A stretch of DNA of 63,772 nucleotides, filler included, from Chiloscyllium plagiosum (lineage: Eukaryota): assembly GCF_004010195.1 (NCBI RefSeq). It is 4 parts of 2 records of this genome, joined end to end, with 100 filler letters (N's around TTAATTAATTAA, not from the genome) between each part and the next. Parts side by side here need not be neighbours in the genome. Positions count along the whole stretch, not along the records: positions 27,969 to 52,363 come from NC_057711.1; positions 52,464 to 61,196 come from NC_057712.1; 2 more parts are not named here. One strand, given 5' to 3'. The translations under genes were made by a program, and so were the position numbers. Shown in pieces: positions 49,405-61,296 of the stretch. Position 1 is the first letter of the stretch, and each line of letters opens with the position of its first letter. The notes beneath the pieces are model-generated. The model saw only the letters and a program-made list of their open reading frames with translations. It did no database searches and had not been told where the DNA came from.

Positions 49405-49612
49405 TCGAGAACATAGTGCTGGAAAAGCACAGCAGGTCAGGCAGTGTCTGAAGAGCAGGAGAATCAATGTTTTGGGCAGAGGCCCTTTATCAGGAATGAG
49501 GGCTTATACTCGAAATGTTGATTCTCCTACTCCTTGGATGTTGCCTGACCGGCTGTGCTTTTCCAGTACCACACTCTCGACACTGATCTCTGGCATTTGC
49601 AGTCCTCATAAT
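49405..49612 (+). mobile_element. Fold-back Penelope-derived mini-insertion
   Basis: Inverted arms; TSD aataaggacattg (49392-49404) / aataaggacactg (49615-49627). Confidence 0.82.
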
Positions 49613-50569
49613 TAAATAAGGACACTGATTATTTAATCTAGTTGGATGAAACACGTCAAGTCTATCAACCTCAATAAAACAAAGAACCTTTCCTTCCCCT
49701 TGAGATTCTTACTGAGCTGTGGTCCCAGAATACAACTGATATTCTCCATGTCCAAACACATGATTACATTCAGGTGACTATTTCACCAAATTACCATTTA
49801 TACAATAAATCGAAGATAACACGAGTACAACTATTGTAGTCAAAAACATTTCATTCTTAAATCAGATGCATTGCCCTTTAAATAACACTAGCGGGTGGTT
49901 TCAAGTGCTGCTGTATGCCTGTATAATGGAGAATTCAGAAGATATATACATTTGCAAGTTTATGAAACCTTAAACCATCTGGACTGTCTGGTTGTCATCG
50001 TGATCAGACAGTGCCTCACAATGTTATTAGACACAGAACGTCCATGGTAGTGTCCTGTCCGGTATGGAATGTTGTGTAGGAGCTGCCAGATGTGCCCAGT
50101 ACAAGTACACTTATTTTTCCATTGAGGATTTCATAGTGCCAGCAACAGCATCAAAAGGACTACAGAATCCAAACTCATGGCCACAGATATTTGAGGAAAA
50201 GAATGACAAATTTCATAGTATGCTGTTGCTGCTCATCCTTTCTCAAAGCTTTATAAAACCCTTATTATGCTCCTCGTAAAAGGAAACTATTTCCTTAATT
50301 ATCCTGCAGTAATCTGCTTCTCTTAATGAGATTAAGGTCTTGTCTTTCATTTTCCAAAGCGTTGAAGAAAGACGAGTTAGCTTATTTGTTTAATAATCTA
50401 AATATGCCTGCAGTACAATGGATTCTCTGACGTTATTCATCTCATTAAATGGATGTAGAGCTGATTATTTTACATTAGCTACTCAATCTTTTTCATGTAG
50501 AAAATAAATGCTACAGTTGGTGTTATTTTGCTCCTACACAAAAAAGATGCTTTCTCTATAAAATCAAGA

Positions 50570-50990
50570 TATTGTAGATGTTGGGAATCTGAAGTGAAAA
50601 TAAAATGCAGAACATATTCAGCAGATTATGCAACCTCTGTGCAGAGATAAACAGAGTTAACTTATCAGGTTTTGATGCCCTCCATTTTCCTTGACTGAAG
50701 GCTACACACCAGCATGGTTAACAGGGACCTCTACCGTGATTGATCGATTTCTCACATTTCTGCTCTTACCCCTTCCCCCTTCTCTGTCAGGTTCCTCTCA
50801 CTCCCACCAACTTCAGAAATTAATGGATCATTCACCACCATTTATGCTATCTCCTCTGTGACGTTGCTACCAAACCCTCCTTCCCCTGCACGTCCCTTTC
50901 AGCATTCCATGGAGATCATTTCCTCTGTGTCACTCCGGTCCACTCATTAGCCATGACTAACACCCCTCCCTTCCCCACTGTATCTTTCCA
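50570..50990. mobile_element. Highly decayed Penelope-like remnants
   Basis: Terminal-like 50570-50675; 50780-50990 resembles 2930-3140. Confidence 0.45.
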
Positions 50991-51139
50991 TCGTTATAAT
51001 CCCAGTTAACGGATCGACTGAACAAGTTAAATTCCAGAATGAAACCTGCCTTAGTAGACCCTGGGTTTCATTCTGCTGCTCTGTTATCATGGTGGTCATT
51101 CATTTAACATGTTCACATGGGGTTACCAACATATTTCTC

Positions 51140-52120
51140 ACATGAGAACATAAATCTATTGGTTGGCAGACTGGAAACAGAGAGTGGGATAAATGGTTCT
51201 TTTTCTGGGTGACTAGTAGTGTACTGCAGGGATCAGTCCTTGGGTGCCAGTCATTCATATCATATACAGATGACATAGATGAGGAAACCAAATGTAATAT
51301 TTCCATGTTTGCTGATCAGCATAAAATTAGATGGGATTGTGAGTTGTGAAGAGGATGCAGGGAAACGTCATAGCAATCCAGACACGTGCATGTGGATAAA
51401 TGTGGAGTCATGCACTCTCACGCACTTTTAGGGGCAGCACAGTGGCTGAGTAGTTAGCACTGCTGCCTCAAAGCACCAAAGACCCAGATACAATTCCACC
51501 CTCGGGTGACTGTCAGTGTGGAGTTTGCACATTCTCCCTGTGGGGTTTCCTCCTAGTGCTCTGGTTTCCTCCCATAGTCCAAAGATATGCAGGTTAGGTG
51601 GATTGGCAATGCTAAATTGCTCATAGTATCCAGGGATGCAGGGTTATCCAAAGGAAATGCAGGGTTACGGGGATGGCGTGGGTCTGAGTGAGACCCTTTT
51701 CAGAGAGCCGGTATGTACTCGATGGGCTGAATGGGACTTTATGATGTGAAAACAGAAAGGCACAATACTATTTGATTGGCGATGTATTTTGAAGTACATG
51801 TATGCAAAGGATTTCTTGTACACCAGTCACTGAATTTAAACAGCAGGTGCAACAAGCAATTTGGAAGACAAGTGGTTAGGATCAGGGTCAGGCTTAGGGT
51901 TAGGCCATCATTCCAGGAGGATTTGAGTTCAGAAGTAGGAAAGGCTTACTGCAGTTATATAGACCCTTGGTAAGACCACACCTAGAGTATTCTGTGCAGT
52001 TTTGGCTTCCCAATCTGAAAGTGGATATAATTATCATAGAGGGAATTCAGCAAAGATTCAATAGGATGATAATGGGGATGGCAGCATCTGAAGAGATTGG
52101 TTTGATTGTGCCTGTATTTA
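51140..52120 (+). mobile_element. Old CR1 RT fragment with SINE insertion
   Basis: [31 protein letters not shown]. Confidence 0.75.
51431..51745 (+). mobile_element. HE1/V-SINE-type SINE
   Basis: ggggcagcacagtggctgagtagttagcactgctgcctc, V-domain. Confidence 0.85.
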
Positions 52121-52121
52121 G

Positions 52122-52363
52122 AGCTTAAAAATGTGTTGCTGGAAAAGTGCAGCAGATTAGGCAGCATCAAAGGAGCAAGAGAATTGATGTTTCAGGCATA
52201 AGCCCTTCTTCAGGAATGAGGAAGGTGTGCCAAGCAGGCTAAGATAAAAGGTAGGGAGGAGGGACTTGGGGGAGGGGCGTTGGGAATGCGATAGGTGGAA
52301 GGAGGTTAAGGTGAGGGTGATAGGCGGGAGAGGGGGTGGGGGCGGAGAGGTCAGGAAGAAGAT
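52122..52363 (-). mobile_element. Penelope 3' terminus, truncated by spacer
   Basis: rc cctgaagaagggcttatgcctgaaacatc; G-rich segment as at 19070-19280. Confidence 0.82.
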
Positions 52364-52463
52364 NNNNNNNNNNNNNNNNNNNNNNNNNNNNNNNNNNNNN
52401 NNNNNNNTTAATTAATTAANNNNNNNNNNNNNNNNNNNNNNNNNNNNNNNNNNNNNNNNNNNN
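52364..52463. other. Artificial assembly spacer N44-TTAATTAATTAA-N44
   Basis: 100 bp, fixed structure. Confidence 0.95.
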
Positions 52464-52837
52464 CTCCACTCATTCTCCGTGTCCCATCTCTCAAAACTCC
52501 CTCTTTCAGTTTAGAAATATTGTTCACTTTTGGATGTGATGCGGTTATAACTGAGTAGCAAAAAACTATAAAGACTTGAGGGAGGAAGTGTTAATTGAAA
52601 TGGAAGATTAGTTGGGAAGACGATGGGGCAGTAATGGGAGGACTATCTGGTAGTAATTAGGAGGCACAGCTGAAACTCATCCCTCTCAGAGGAGGACAAG
52701 GCAACCGTAGCTGACAAGGGAAATCATGGACAGTAGAAAAGCAAATGAAGAAAACATACAACGTGGTGAAGATTATTGGGAATGTAAGGAATTAGGAAAC
52801 CTTTAAAAACCAGCTGAAACAAAAAAGATGAAATATG

Positions 52838-53300
52838 AACGGGTGCAGAGGAGGTTTACCAGGATGTTGCTTGGTATGGTAGAAAGATCGTATGAGGAAA
52901 GGGTGAGGCACTTGGGGTTGTTTTCATTGGAGAAAAGAAGGTTTAGGGGTGACTTGATAGAGGTGTACAAGATGATTAGGGGTTTAGATAGGGTCGACAG
53001 TGAGAATCTTTTTCCTCGTATGGAGTCAGCTATTACAAGGGGGCATAGCTTTAAATTAAGGGGGGATAGGTATAGGGCAGATGTTAGGGGTAGGTTCTTT
53101 ACTCAGCGAGTCGTGAGTTCATGGAATGCCCTGTCAGTAGCAGTGGTGGACTCTCCCTCATTATGGGCATTTAAGCGGGCATTGGATAGGCATATGGAGG
53201 ATAGTAGGGTAGTGTAGGTTAGGTGGGCTTGGATCGGCGCAACATCATGGGCCGAAGGGCCTGTACTGCGCTGTATTCTTCTATGTTCTCTATGTTCTAT
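52838..53300 (+). mobile_element. Young CR1 3' portion (preceded by an older CR1 remnant at ~52540-52837)
   Basis: Open ORF ERVQRRFTRML..TRGHSFKL..WNAL; tail ttctatgttctctatgttctat. Confidence 0.92.
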
Positions 53301-54449
53301 AACAGAGTTCGCAACAGGCAGGAACCCGTCCACCGCCCCCGCAGCAACAGATGTGTCCGCAGCCACCCCCGGGGACTTACCTGCAGAGGCGAGCCTGATT
53401 TCAAGAGTTTGTTAAGCTCCGAGAGAAGATTGACTCATCGAAGAGACCCAATCCAGGTGGGAGTCGATCTTGGTCATGCGTCTGAGACCAATGCTAAATC
53501 TTCCGTGGGTCAGGTCTGGGGTCTGGGCTCTGGGCTCTGGAACGTCAAGTCCGGATCTTAGCAGAGAATATTAATGACTTTGAAAATCGAGGTCATTGGA
53601 AAAATACTCGTTTGCTGGGCCTTCCCAAACGGCTGGAGGAAGGCCAGCTTGTGGGCTTTTTGGAGCAATGGCTCCCACAACTGCTGTAGCTGAAGTCTGA
53701 TTTAGGCCGGGTGTGGGTTGAGCAGGCCCGCCGGGTTGCTGTGCGCCGGCCCAGGTCGGATCAGCACCCCCACTCGGTCCTAGTGCAACTCCAGCACTAC
53801 AGGGAAAAACATGTTGCTGGAGGCCTCCAAGTTTTGGTATACAAGGGATTCAAAATAATGCTGTTCCAGGACTTCGGTTGTAGCATCTGAGGGATTTAAA
53901 TATTTAGTATTCCATGCGATACCTGGCAACGATGTGCTTCAGTCATGAAGGGTCTGTGTATAACTTTGGATCACTGGGAAATGTAAAAAAATTTTTTAAT
54001 GCTCTCAAATAGACTGATTGATAGATTTGAACTATATGGACAATGACTTTATTTTAGCCCCTTTTTCTCTCCTCCTCCCCCTTTCTCTTTTCCATCCTTC
54101 CTTGGGGAGGAATCTTTCTTTTAACTCTTATCTATAACTCGCTTAGATTATCTGGCTGTTGGGGGATGTTTCTGAGGTTTTATTTTCCTTAATATTTGCT
54201 GGGATTGTAATTTTATATATTTTATTTTATATTGCTGTTTTGTTAAGAGTGCTGAGGTAATAATATGGAGGGGGCGAGTTGGTTGTCCACTTCTAATTCT
54301 TGTACTATAAGACATCGGCATTTGTTCATTTTACTCTGTAATGTCTGGGTCAAGGGCACGGCTCTCGCTGTGAGGTGTTATGGTGGGATTATTGGAAGGT
54401 AGGAATGTCACCTGTGGACAAGGGGGAAAGTCTTCTTTTAACTTTAAAA

Positions 54450-54542
54450 GAGAAAATGCAGGAAAATCTCAGCAAGTCTTGCAGCATCTGTAAGGAGAGA
54501 AAAGAGCTGACGCTTCGAGTCTAACTGACCCTTTGTCAAAGC
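54450..54542 (-). mobile_element. Penelope-derived terminal remnant in the L1 inter-ORF region
   Basis: rc tttgacaaagggtcagttagactcgaagcgtca, similar to 17800-17870. Confidence 0.6.
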
Positions 54543-54675
54543 GCAATAATGATCATGACTAGTCATTCGTTTAAATGGTGCACCTGGAATGTCAAAGGGA
54601 GCCATTTGCCAATTAAAAGGAAAAAGATATTATCAAGTCTTAAAAAAAGAGAGGATTAATGTAGCCCTTTTACAG

Positions 54676-54988
54676 GGGTTTAGATAGGGTTGACCGTGAG
54701 AACCTTTTTCCACGTATGGAGTCAGCTATTACGAGGGGGCACAGCTTTAAATTAAGAGGTGGTAGGTACAGGACAGATGTTAGGGAGTAGGTTCTTTACT
54801 CAGCGAGTCGTGAGTTCATGGAATGCCCTGCCAGTAGCAGTGGTGGACTCTCCCTCATTATGGGCATTTAAGCGGGCATTGGATAGGCATATGGAGGATA
54901 GTGGGCTAGTGTAGGTTAGGTGGGCTTGGATCAGCGCAACATCGAGGGCCGAAGGGCCTGTACTGCGCTGTATTCTTCTATGTTCTAT
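54676..54988 (+). mobile_element. Young CR1 3' end inserted in the L1 endonuclease
   Basis: Splits codons LLQ|ETHL; nearly identical to 52980-53300. Confidence 0.92.
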
Positions 54989-57900
54989 GAAACACACCTA
55001 CTTGATAAGGAGCATTCGAAGCTGCAGCAGGAGGATTTGGTCAGGTGTTCTTTTCATCTTTTAGTTCAAAAAGTCGGGGAGTGGCCGTTCTTATCCAGAA
55101 GAATCTTCCCTTCCAAATGTTAAGCCAGATCAAAGACAAGTCCAGACGGTATATATTACTTAAAGCCCTAATAGATGGAGAGGAGTACAAAATTTTAAAT
55201 GTATATTGCCCCCGACACATCCTTTTAAATTTCTAACAGATGCGGTCTCCAAGTCGATGGCTCTCTGGGTGCGCAACATAATTATAGGAGGAGATTTTCA
55301 TTGTGTTATCGACCCTGAGGTGGACAGGATACCTAGGAACTTTGTGGGTATATCTTTGAGATCTAGGCAGTTGGTTGATCTGAATAGAGAGTTGGGACGG
55401 GTAGATGCGTGAAGGTGTTTTCAGCCTGAGGGTAGAAATTTTACTTTTTATTCTAACCCACTCAAGTGTCATACCAGAATCGATATGCTTTTTGTCCCCT
55501 CAACCTTTCTGAATTTGATATTGTCTTGTAAAATAGGGAATAAAATTATTTCTGACCATGCAGCAGTGCATATGGACTAGTGATGACAAGATGTGTTCCC
55601 GACATTGGCGTATGGACCCTTTCCTACTGAAGGATAGTAAGTTCATAGAATATTTCTCACAGGAATTTAAAACTTTCTGGGGTATCAATTCAAGTACAGC
55701 CTGTAGCTAATTGGTAATGTGGGAGACTGCTCAGGCATATGTGCGCAGCTTGGTTATCTCATATTCCGCTACCCGGAAAAGACAAAAGGGAGAACAACAG
55801 CATCTGCTTGAGGCTCACCTGAAGGCAGCTGAGTCAATGTATGTAGATAGGCCATCCATTACTAAATTACAGTGGATTACAGCCCTCAGGGCGACTTTGA
55901 ATACCGCACTTAAACAGCAAAGATGGAGATACTAGGTGCGAAGCAGAGATTATTTGAGCAAGGCGATAAGCCAGGCAGGTATCTAGCATACCTTGCCAGA
56001 AAGAAAAAGGCTCCTCAATTCATTACGTCTATTAGAGAAGGTGCTGGCACTTTGACTTGTGATCCTAAAAAGATCAATACAGCCTTTAGAAAATTCTACT
56101 TCGAGTTGTATAAGTCGGAGGGCTTGGAGGATAGAGCAAGGAAGATGGAGTATGTTTTTTAAGAATCTGGTCCTTTCAAGCTTAACCTCGGTGCAGGTGT
56201 CTCTTGAATGTACCCCCCGACAACTCAGGAGGTGCAGGAAGCGGTGAGGCAGCTCCAGAGCGGTAAAGCCAGACAAATTTCAGGTTGAGTTCTATAAAGA
56301 GTTTATAGATGAATTGGCCAGACCACTTATAGATATGTATAACTATTCATATAGTCAGGGTAGTTTCCCACCCTCTCTAAGAGAAGCAAATATCTCTCTC
56401 ATTCTTTAAGAAAGGAAAAGCCCCAGATGACTGCACTTCGTACAGACCTATATTCTTATTGAATGTGGACTTTAAAGTCCTCTCAAAAATGCTGGCCTTA
56501 AGATTGGAGAGGGTTTTACCATTTATTATAAAAGAGGCTCAGACGGGTTGCAGATCTACTAATAATATCAGAAGAGAGTCGAACGTGGTACAAGTCTGCC
56601 AGCAAAAAGCGATACCGGGATTAGTCAACTCTCTAGATGCAGAGAAGGTATTCGATCGGGTAGAATGGCCATATCTTTTTTATACTATGGAACGGTTTGG
56701 CATTGGAGAGGTCTTTATCAAGTGGGTCGCAGTATTATATAACGACCCTAGAGCAGCGGTGATTACTAACGGCATAAGATCGGATAGCTTTAGTGTTGGC
56801 AGAGGTTGTCATCAAGGGTGCCCTCTCTCACCACAACTATTTACACAAGTGATTGAACCGCTGGCGGAAGCTATCCAAACTGACCCCAATACAACAGCCC
56901 CAGAGGTAGGATCGGGTAAGCATAACATCACTCTTTATGCGGACGATGTCCTTCTTAAGTGATCCATCGAAATGTGTGGTTAATTCGAGTGATTAACGTA
57001 TTTGGTATGTTCTCAGGGTACAAAGTTAACTTTATGAAATCAGAGGCCATGCCACTAGAAGGTCTTACTAGCAAATCCAATTTTCCAGATGGATCCCGCT
57101 TCCCCTTTCGGTGGTCACTGGGAGGTTTTCTCTATTTAGGTATTTTTATTACCCCTGTATTTGGTCAGCTATATAAAGCTAATTATATGCATTTATTAGA
57201 AAAAATAAGGCAGGACCTCCAACGCTGGGAAGATCTCCCGATATCTTGACGAGGAAGAAGAGGTTTGGTCAAGATGAATATTCTCCCTCGCCTACATAGC
57301 CCATGAGAATGCTACCTCTGATGTTGCCGAGACAGGCGCTGCGTAAGCTTTATGGTTGGCTTGGTTCTTTTATTTGGAACCATAGACGGCCCCTTATTAA
57401 ACTAGATAATTTGCAGCTCCCACAAGTAAGGGGAGGTCTAGATTTTTCAGATTTCAGAAGGTACCAACTGGGTTCTCTGTTATTATATGTGGCTGATAGG
57501 GTCTCTTGTGATCCACAATCAATTTGGTTGAATATTGAGGCTTCCCAAGCAAAATGCCCCCTCATCAATCTATTATTTATGGATAAGATGAGAGTTATTA
57601 CGGATCATTGTCAAAACTCAATTGTATTAAATACAACCAAAGGTTGGAGGGTGATGAGACAGGATGAGGGTAATTTACAAAAAAAAACTCCCTTTCTACT
57701 CCTATAGTGGGAATGTTGGGATTTCAGCGAGGCTTGACTGACGGTGGATTTAAAATTTGAGTCCAAAGGCATCTCCTGTTTGGGAGATCTGTTCGATGGG
57801 GAGATCATGATGTCCTTTGAACAGTTGCGTCAGAACTTTGGGTTGCTGAGCAAGGACCTTTTTCGATATTTTCAAGTACGAGATTTCATACAAAAAAAGA

Positions 57901-58951
57901 CCACATCGACGACTAATTGGTACAAATCCGATATGGAAAGGAGAGTGCTTCGGCCGATAGGTGCACCCTCAGTCAGCACTCTCTACCACTCACGAGGTAA
58001 TAAGGTATCGAAGGACATGGAACGGTTATATAAAACTTGGAATCAAGAATTAGGGATGGAAATCTCCTTAGAAATCTGGGAGGATATCTGGGAAAATGCC
58101 AGGAAGATCTCTACCTGTAATAGAACTCAGGCTATTCAATTGAAGATACCTCATAGGGCTCATATGGCACCAGAGCAGCTTGCAAAGTTCAAGGCAGGAG
58201 TGTCCCCAATGTGCCCTAAATGTAAAATAGAAGTTGGTACTCTCTCTCATTGTTTGTGGACATGCCATTAGATTCATAGATATTGGGACAGGTACCGAAT
58301 GCCTTGGCAAAGATTTTGGGAAAGGAGATTGGGTTGGACTTTTGGGCTTTCCAAATTTTCCTTCACTCGCATATGAGAAGGAATTATTTACTATCCTTTC
58401 CTTTTGTGCAAGGAAAAATAGTTTAGTAAGTTGGGTATCGGAAAGTCCCCCAGGACTTTCGAATTGGCATAAGGTAGTTATGGAATATATTCCCCTAGAC
58501 TTCTTTACGAATTTGGTGCACCAAAAAGCGGAATTATTTAATAGAACATGACGGCCCTTTTTTGAACTATGCCATGCATACTGTTTAGGGCCTTTGTTGT
58601 TGGTTCAAGGTCCCCTGGGAGGAAGAATCCCGTATAAAAACGGGTTTTGTTATGACTTGATATAATTTAATTTTGAATGTTTGTTTATTTATTTATTTAC
58701 TTTTTTCCCCCTTTTTTTTGTTGTTAGTAATGTACAATACAGTGGGTTTTTGAATTATATAGAGTCTTCTTACTTATATCTTATTTTGTGTTTTGGTAGT
58801 TTGTAGAGTAGATTAGTAGTTAGTTTACTTAATTTTGTATTGGTGCTGTTATTATACTGTAAAGTGGATACACTATTTTGTATTAATTTCGTAATTTTGT
58901 AAAAAAAACTCAAATCTTTTTTCTTTTCAATAAAAATATTTACAAAAAAAA

Positions 58952-59105
58952 CCTAAAGAACTGTGGGTGCTGAAAATCAGAAACAAAAACAGAAATTGCT
59001 GGAAAAGCTCAGCAGGTCTGGCAGCATTTATGGAAAGAAATACAAGTAAAATTGCTCAGTTCTGAAGAAGGATCACTGAGCCCAAAACATTAATGATGTT
59101 TCTCT
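58952..59105. mobile_element. Penelope-derived terminal remnant
   Basis: tgctggaaaagctcagcaggtctggcagc; ttctgaagaaggatcactgagcccaaaacatt. Confidence 0.7.
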
Positions 59106-59664
59106 CTGGTTTGAAGGAAGACTATGGGCTTAATATTGCCAGAAACTGCATGTTATTTTGGCAAGTTCCCTGGAGAGAGTTTTCTTGCACTATCTTCCCA
59201 AAGTCATTGCATTACCTACACACCTCTCTCCGATGGTGCCTTACTCAATGTATTCTCCCACTCACCACAGACCAAGTACTCACCACTGCCAGGGTCTCCC
59301 AGGTTTCCTGCAATCAGTTAAAGGCCAGCTATGCATCCAGCAGAAGCTAAAGCAGTGGCAATCTACAGTTATCTTGGATTTCCCCCGGGCATATCAGACA
59401 CAGGGTAATTTTGAACCCCACTTGTCAACAGGGATTTGGTGGGATTGCTGGATTGTGGAACATCAAGTTGACTTGAGATGTTAGTGACTGTTGGAGATTT
59501 GGAGGAAAAAGTAGCAAGCTGGAATCATCAGGTAACTATCCTGAATTTCAGGTTGAGAATTTTTTGCTGTCCAGTTTCCATCTGGCACGGGGGGAAGTGA
59601 AGTAAACTGCACATCAACATCAATGAGATGGCGAAATAATAACATGTGAATACAGCTGCAGATC

Positions 59665-61196
59665 CTAATGGAAGATCGTATTACAGCAGTGGAAAGGACG
59701 ATGGATGAAGACTCGCCATCTGAGGTAGTTTGGGCTGAGGTTAGGAATAGGAAAGGTGAGGTCACCCTGTTAGGAGTTTTTTACAGACCTCCTAATAGTC
59801 CTAGAAACGTAGAAGAAAGGATTGCGAGGATGATTCAGGAGAAGAGTGAAAGTAATAGGGTGGTTGTTATGGGGGACTTTAACTTTCCTGATATTGATTG
59901 GGAAAGCTATAGCTCTAGTTCATTAGATGGGTCGGTGTTTGTCCAATGTGTGCAGGATGGTTTCCTGACACAATATGTAAATAGGCCAACAAGAGGTGAG
60001 GCCATACTGGATTTGGTTCTGGGTAACGAACCAGGCCAGGTGTTAGAATTAGAGGTAAGTGAGCACTTTGGGAACAGTGACCACAATTCGGTGACTGTGA
60101 TGGAGAGGGATAAGTGTGCACTGCAGGGCAAGAGTAATAGCTGGGGGCCAGGGAAATTATGATGCGGTAAGGCATGACTTAGGATGTGTGGCTTGGAAAA
60201 GTAGGCTTCAAGGCAAGGGCGTAATTGATATGTGGAGCTTGTTCAAGGAGCAACTATTGAGTGTCCTTGATAAGTATGTACCCGTCAGGCAGGGAGGAAA
60301 GAGTCGTGTTAGGGAGCCGTGGTTTAATAAGGAATTGGAATCCCTTGTTAAAGGGAAGAGGGCGGCCTATGTAAAGATGAGACGTGAAGGTTCAATTGGG
60401 GCGATTGAGAGTTATAAGGTAACCAGGAAGGACCTGAAGAGAGAGCTAAGAGCAGCAAGGAGGGGACATGAAAGGACCTTAGTCGGTAGGATTAGGGAAA
60501 ACCCTAAGGCTTTCTATAGGTATGTCAGGAATAAAAAAATGACTAGGGTAGGAATAGGTCCAGTCAAGGATAGTAGGGGGAAGTTGCGTGAGGAGGCGGA
60601 AGAGATTGGGGAGACACTGAATGAATACTTTTCGTCAGTATTCAACCAGGAACAGGACATTGTTGTCAATGCGAGTACTGAGTCACAATTAAGTAAAATG
60701 GATGGCTTTGAGGTATGTAGAGAAGAGGTATTGGAAATCCTGGAAAAGGTGAAAATAGATAAGTCCCCTGGGCCTGATGGCATTTACCCTAGGATCCTCT
60801 GGGAGGCAAGGGAGGAGATTGCAGAGCCATTGGCCTTGATATTTATGTCCTCTTTGTCTACAGGAGTAGTCCCAGAAGACTGGAGGATAGCAAATGTGGT
60901 CCCTTGTTCAAAAAGGGGAGTAGGGATAGCCCTAGTAACTATAGGCCGGTGAGTCTCACTTCTGTTGTGGGCAAAGTCTTAGAGAGAATTGTAAGGGATA
61001 GGATTTATGCACATCTGGATAGGAATAATGTGATCAAGGACAGTCAGCATGGTTTTGTGAAGGGCAAGTCGTGCCTCACAAACCTTATTGAATTCTTTGA
61101 AAAGGTGACGAAGGAGGTTGATGAGGGGAAAGCGGTAGATGTGGTATATATGGATTTTAGTAAGGCGTTTGATAAGGTTCCCCATGGTAAGCTACT
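59665..61196 (+). mobile_element. Young CR1 ORF2 (APE end to RT start), truncated by spacer
   Basis: FYRPP, MGDFNFPDIDW, SDHN, KSPGPDGIYP, YMDFSKAFDKVPH; only about two frameshifts. Confidence 0.95.
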
Positions 61197-61296
61197 NNNN
61201 NNNNNNNNNNNNNNNNNNNNNNNNNNNNNNNNNNNNNNNNTTAATTAATTAANNNNNNNNNNNNNNNNNNNNNNNNNNNNNNNNNNNNNNNNNNNN
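61197..61296. other. Artificial assembly spacer N44-TTAATTAATTAA-N44
   Basis: 100 bp, fixed structure. Confidence 0.95.

Larger units (their letters stand above)
53301..58951 (+). mobile_element. Near full-length decayed L1-clade LINE
   Basis: ORF1 remnant (ENRG..KN.RLLGLP, ~53580-54010); ORF2 from 54549 TWNVKG, LLQ|ETHL, GGDF, ISDHAAV, YRPI.LLNVDFK, SLDAEKVFDRVEW, QGCPLSP, LYADD (~56935), CPKC..H.LWTC; T-rich 3' UTR, AATAAA 58929 and short poly(A). Confidence 0.92.
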
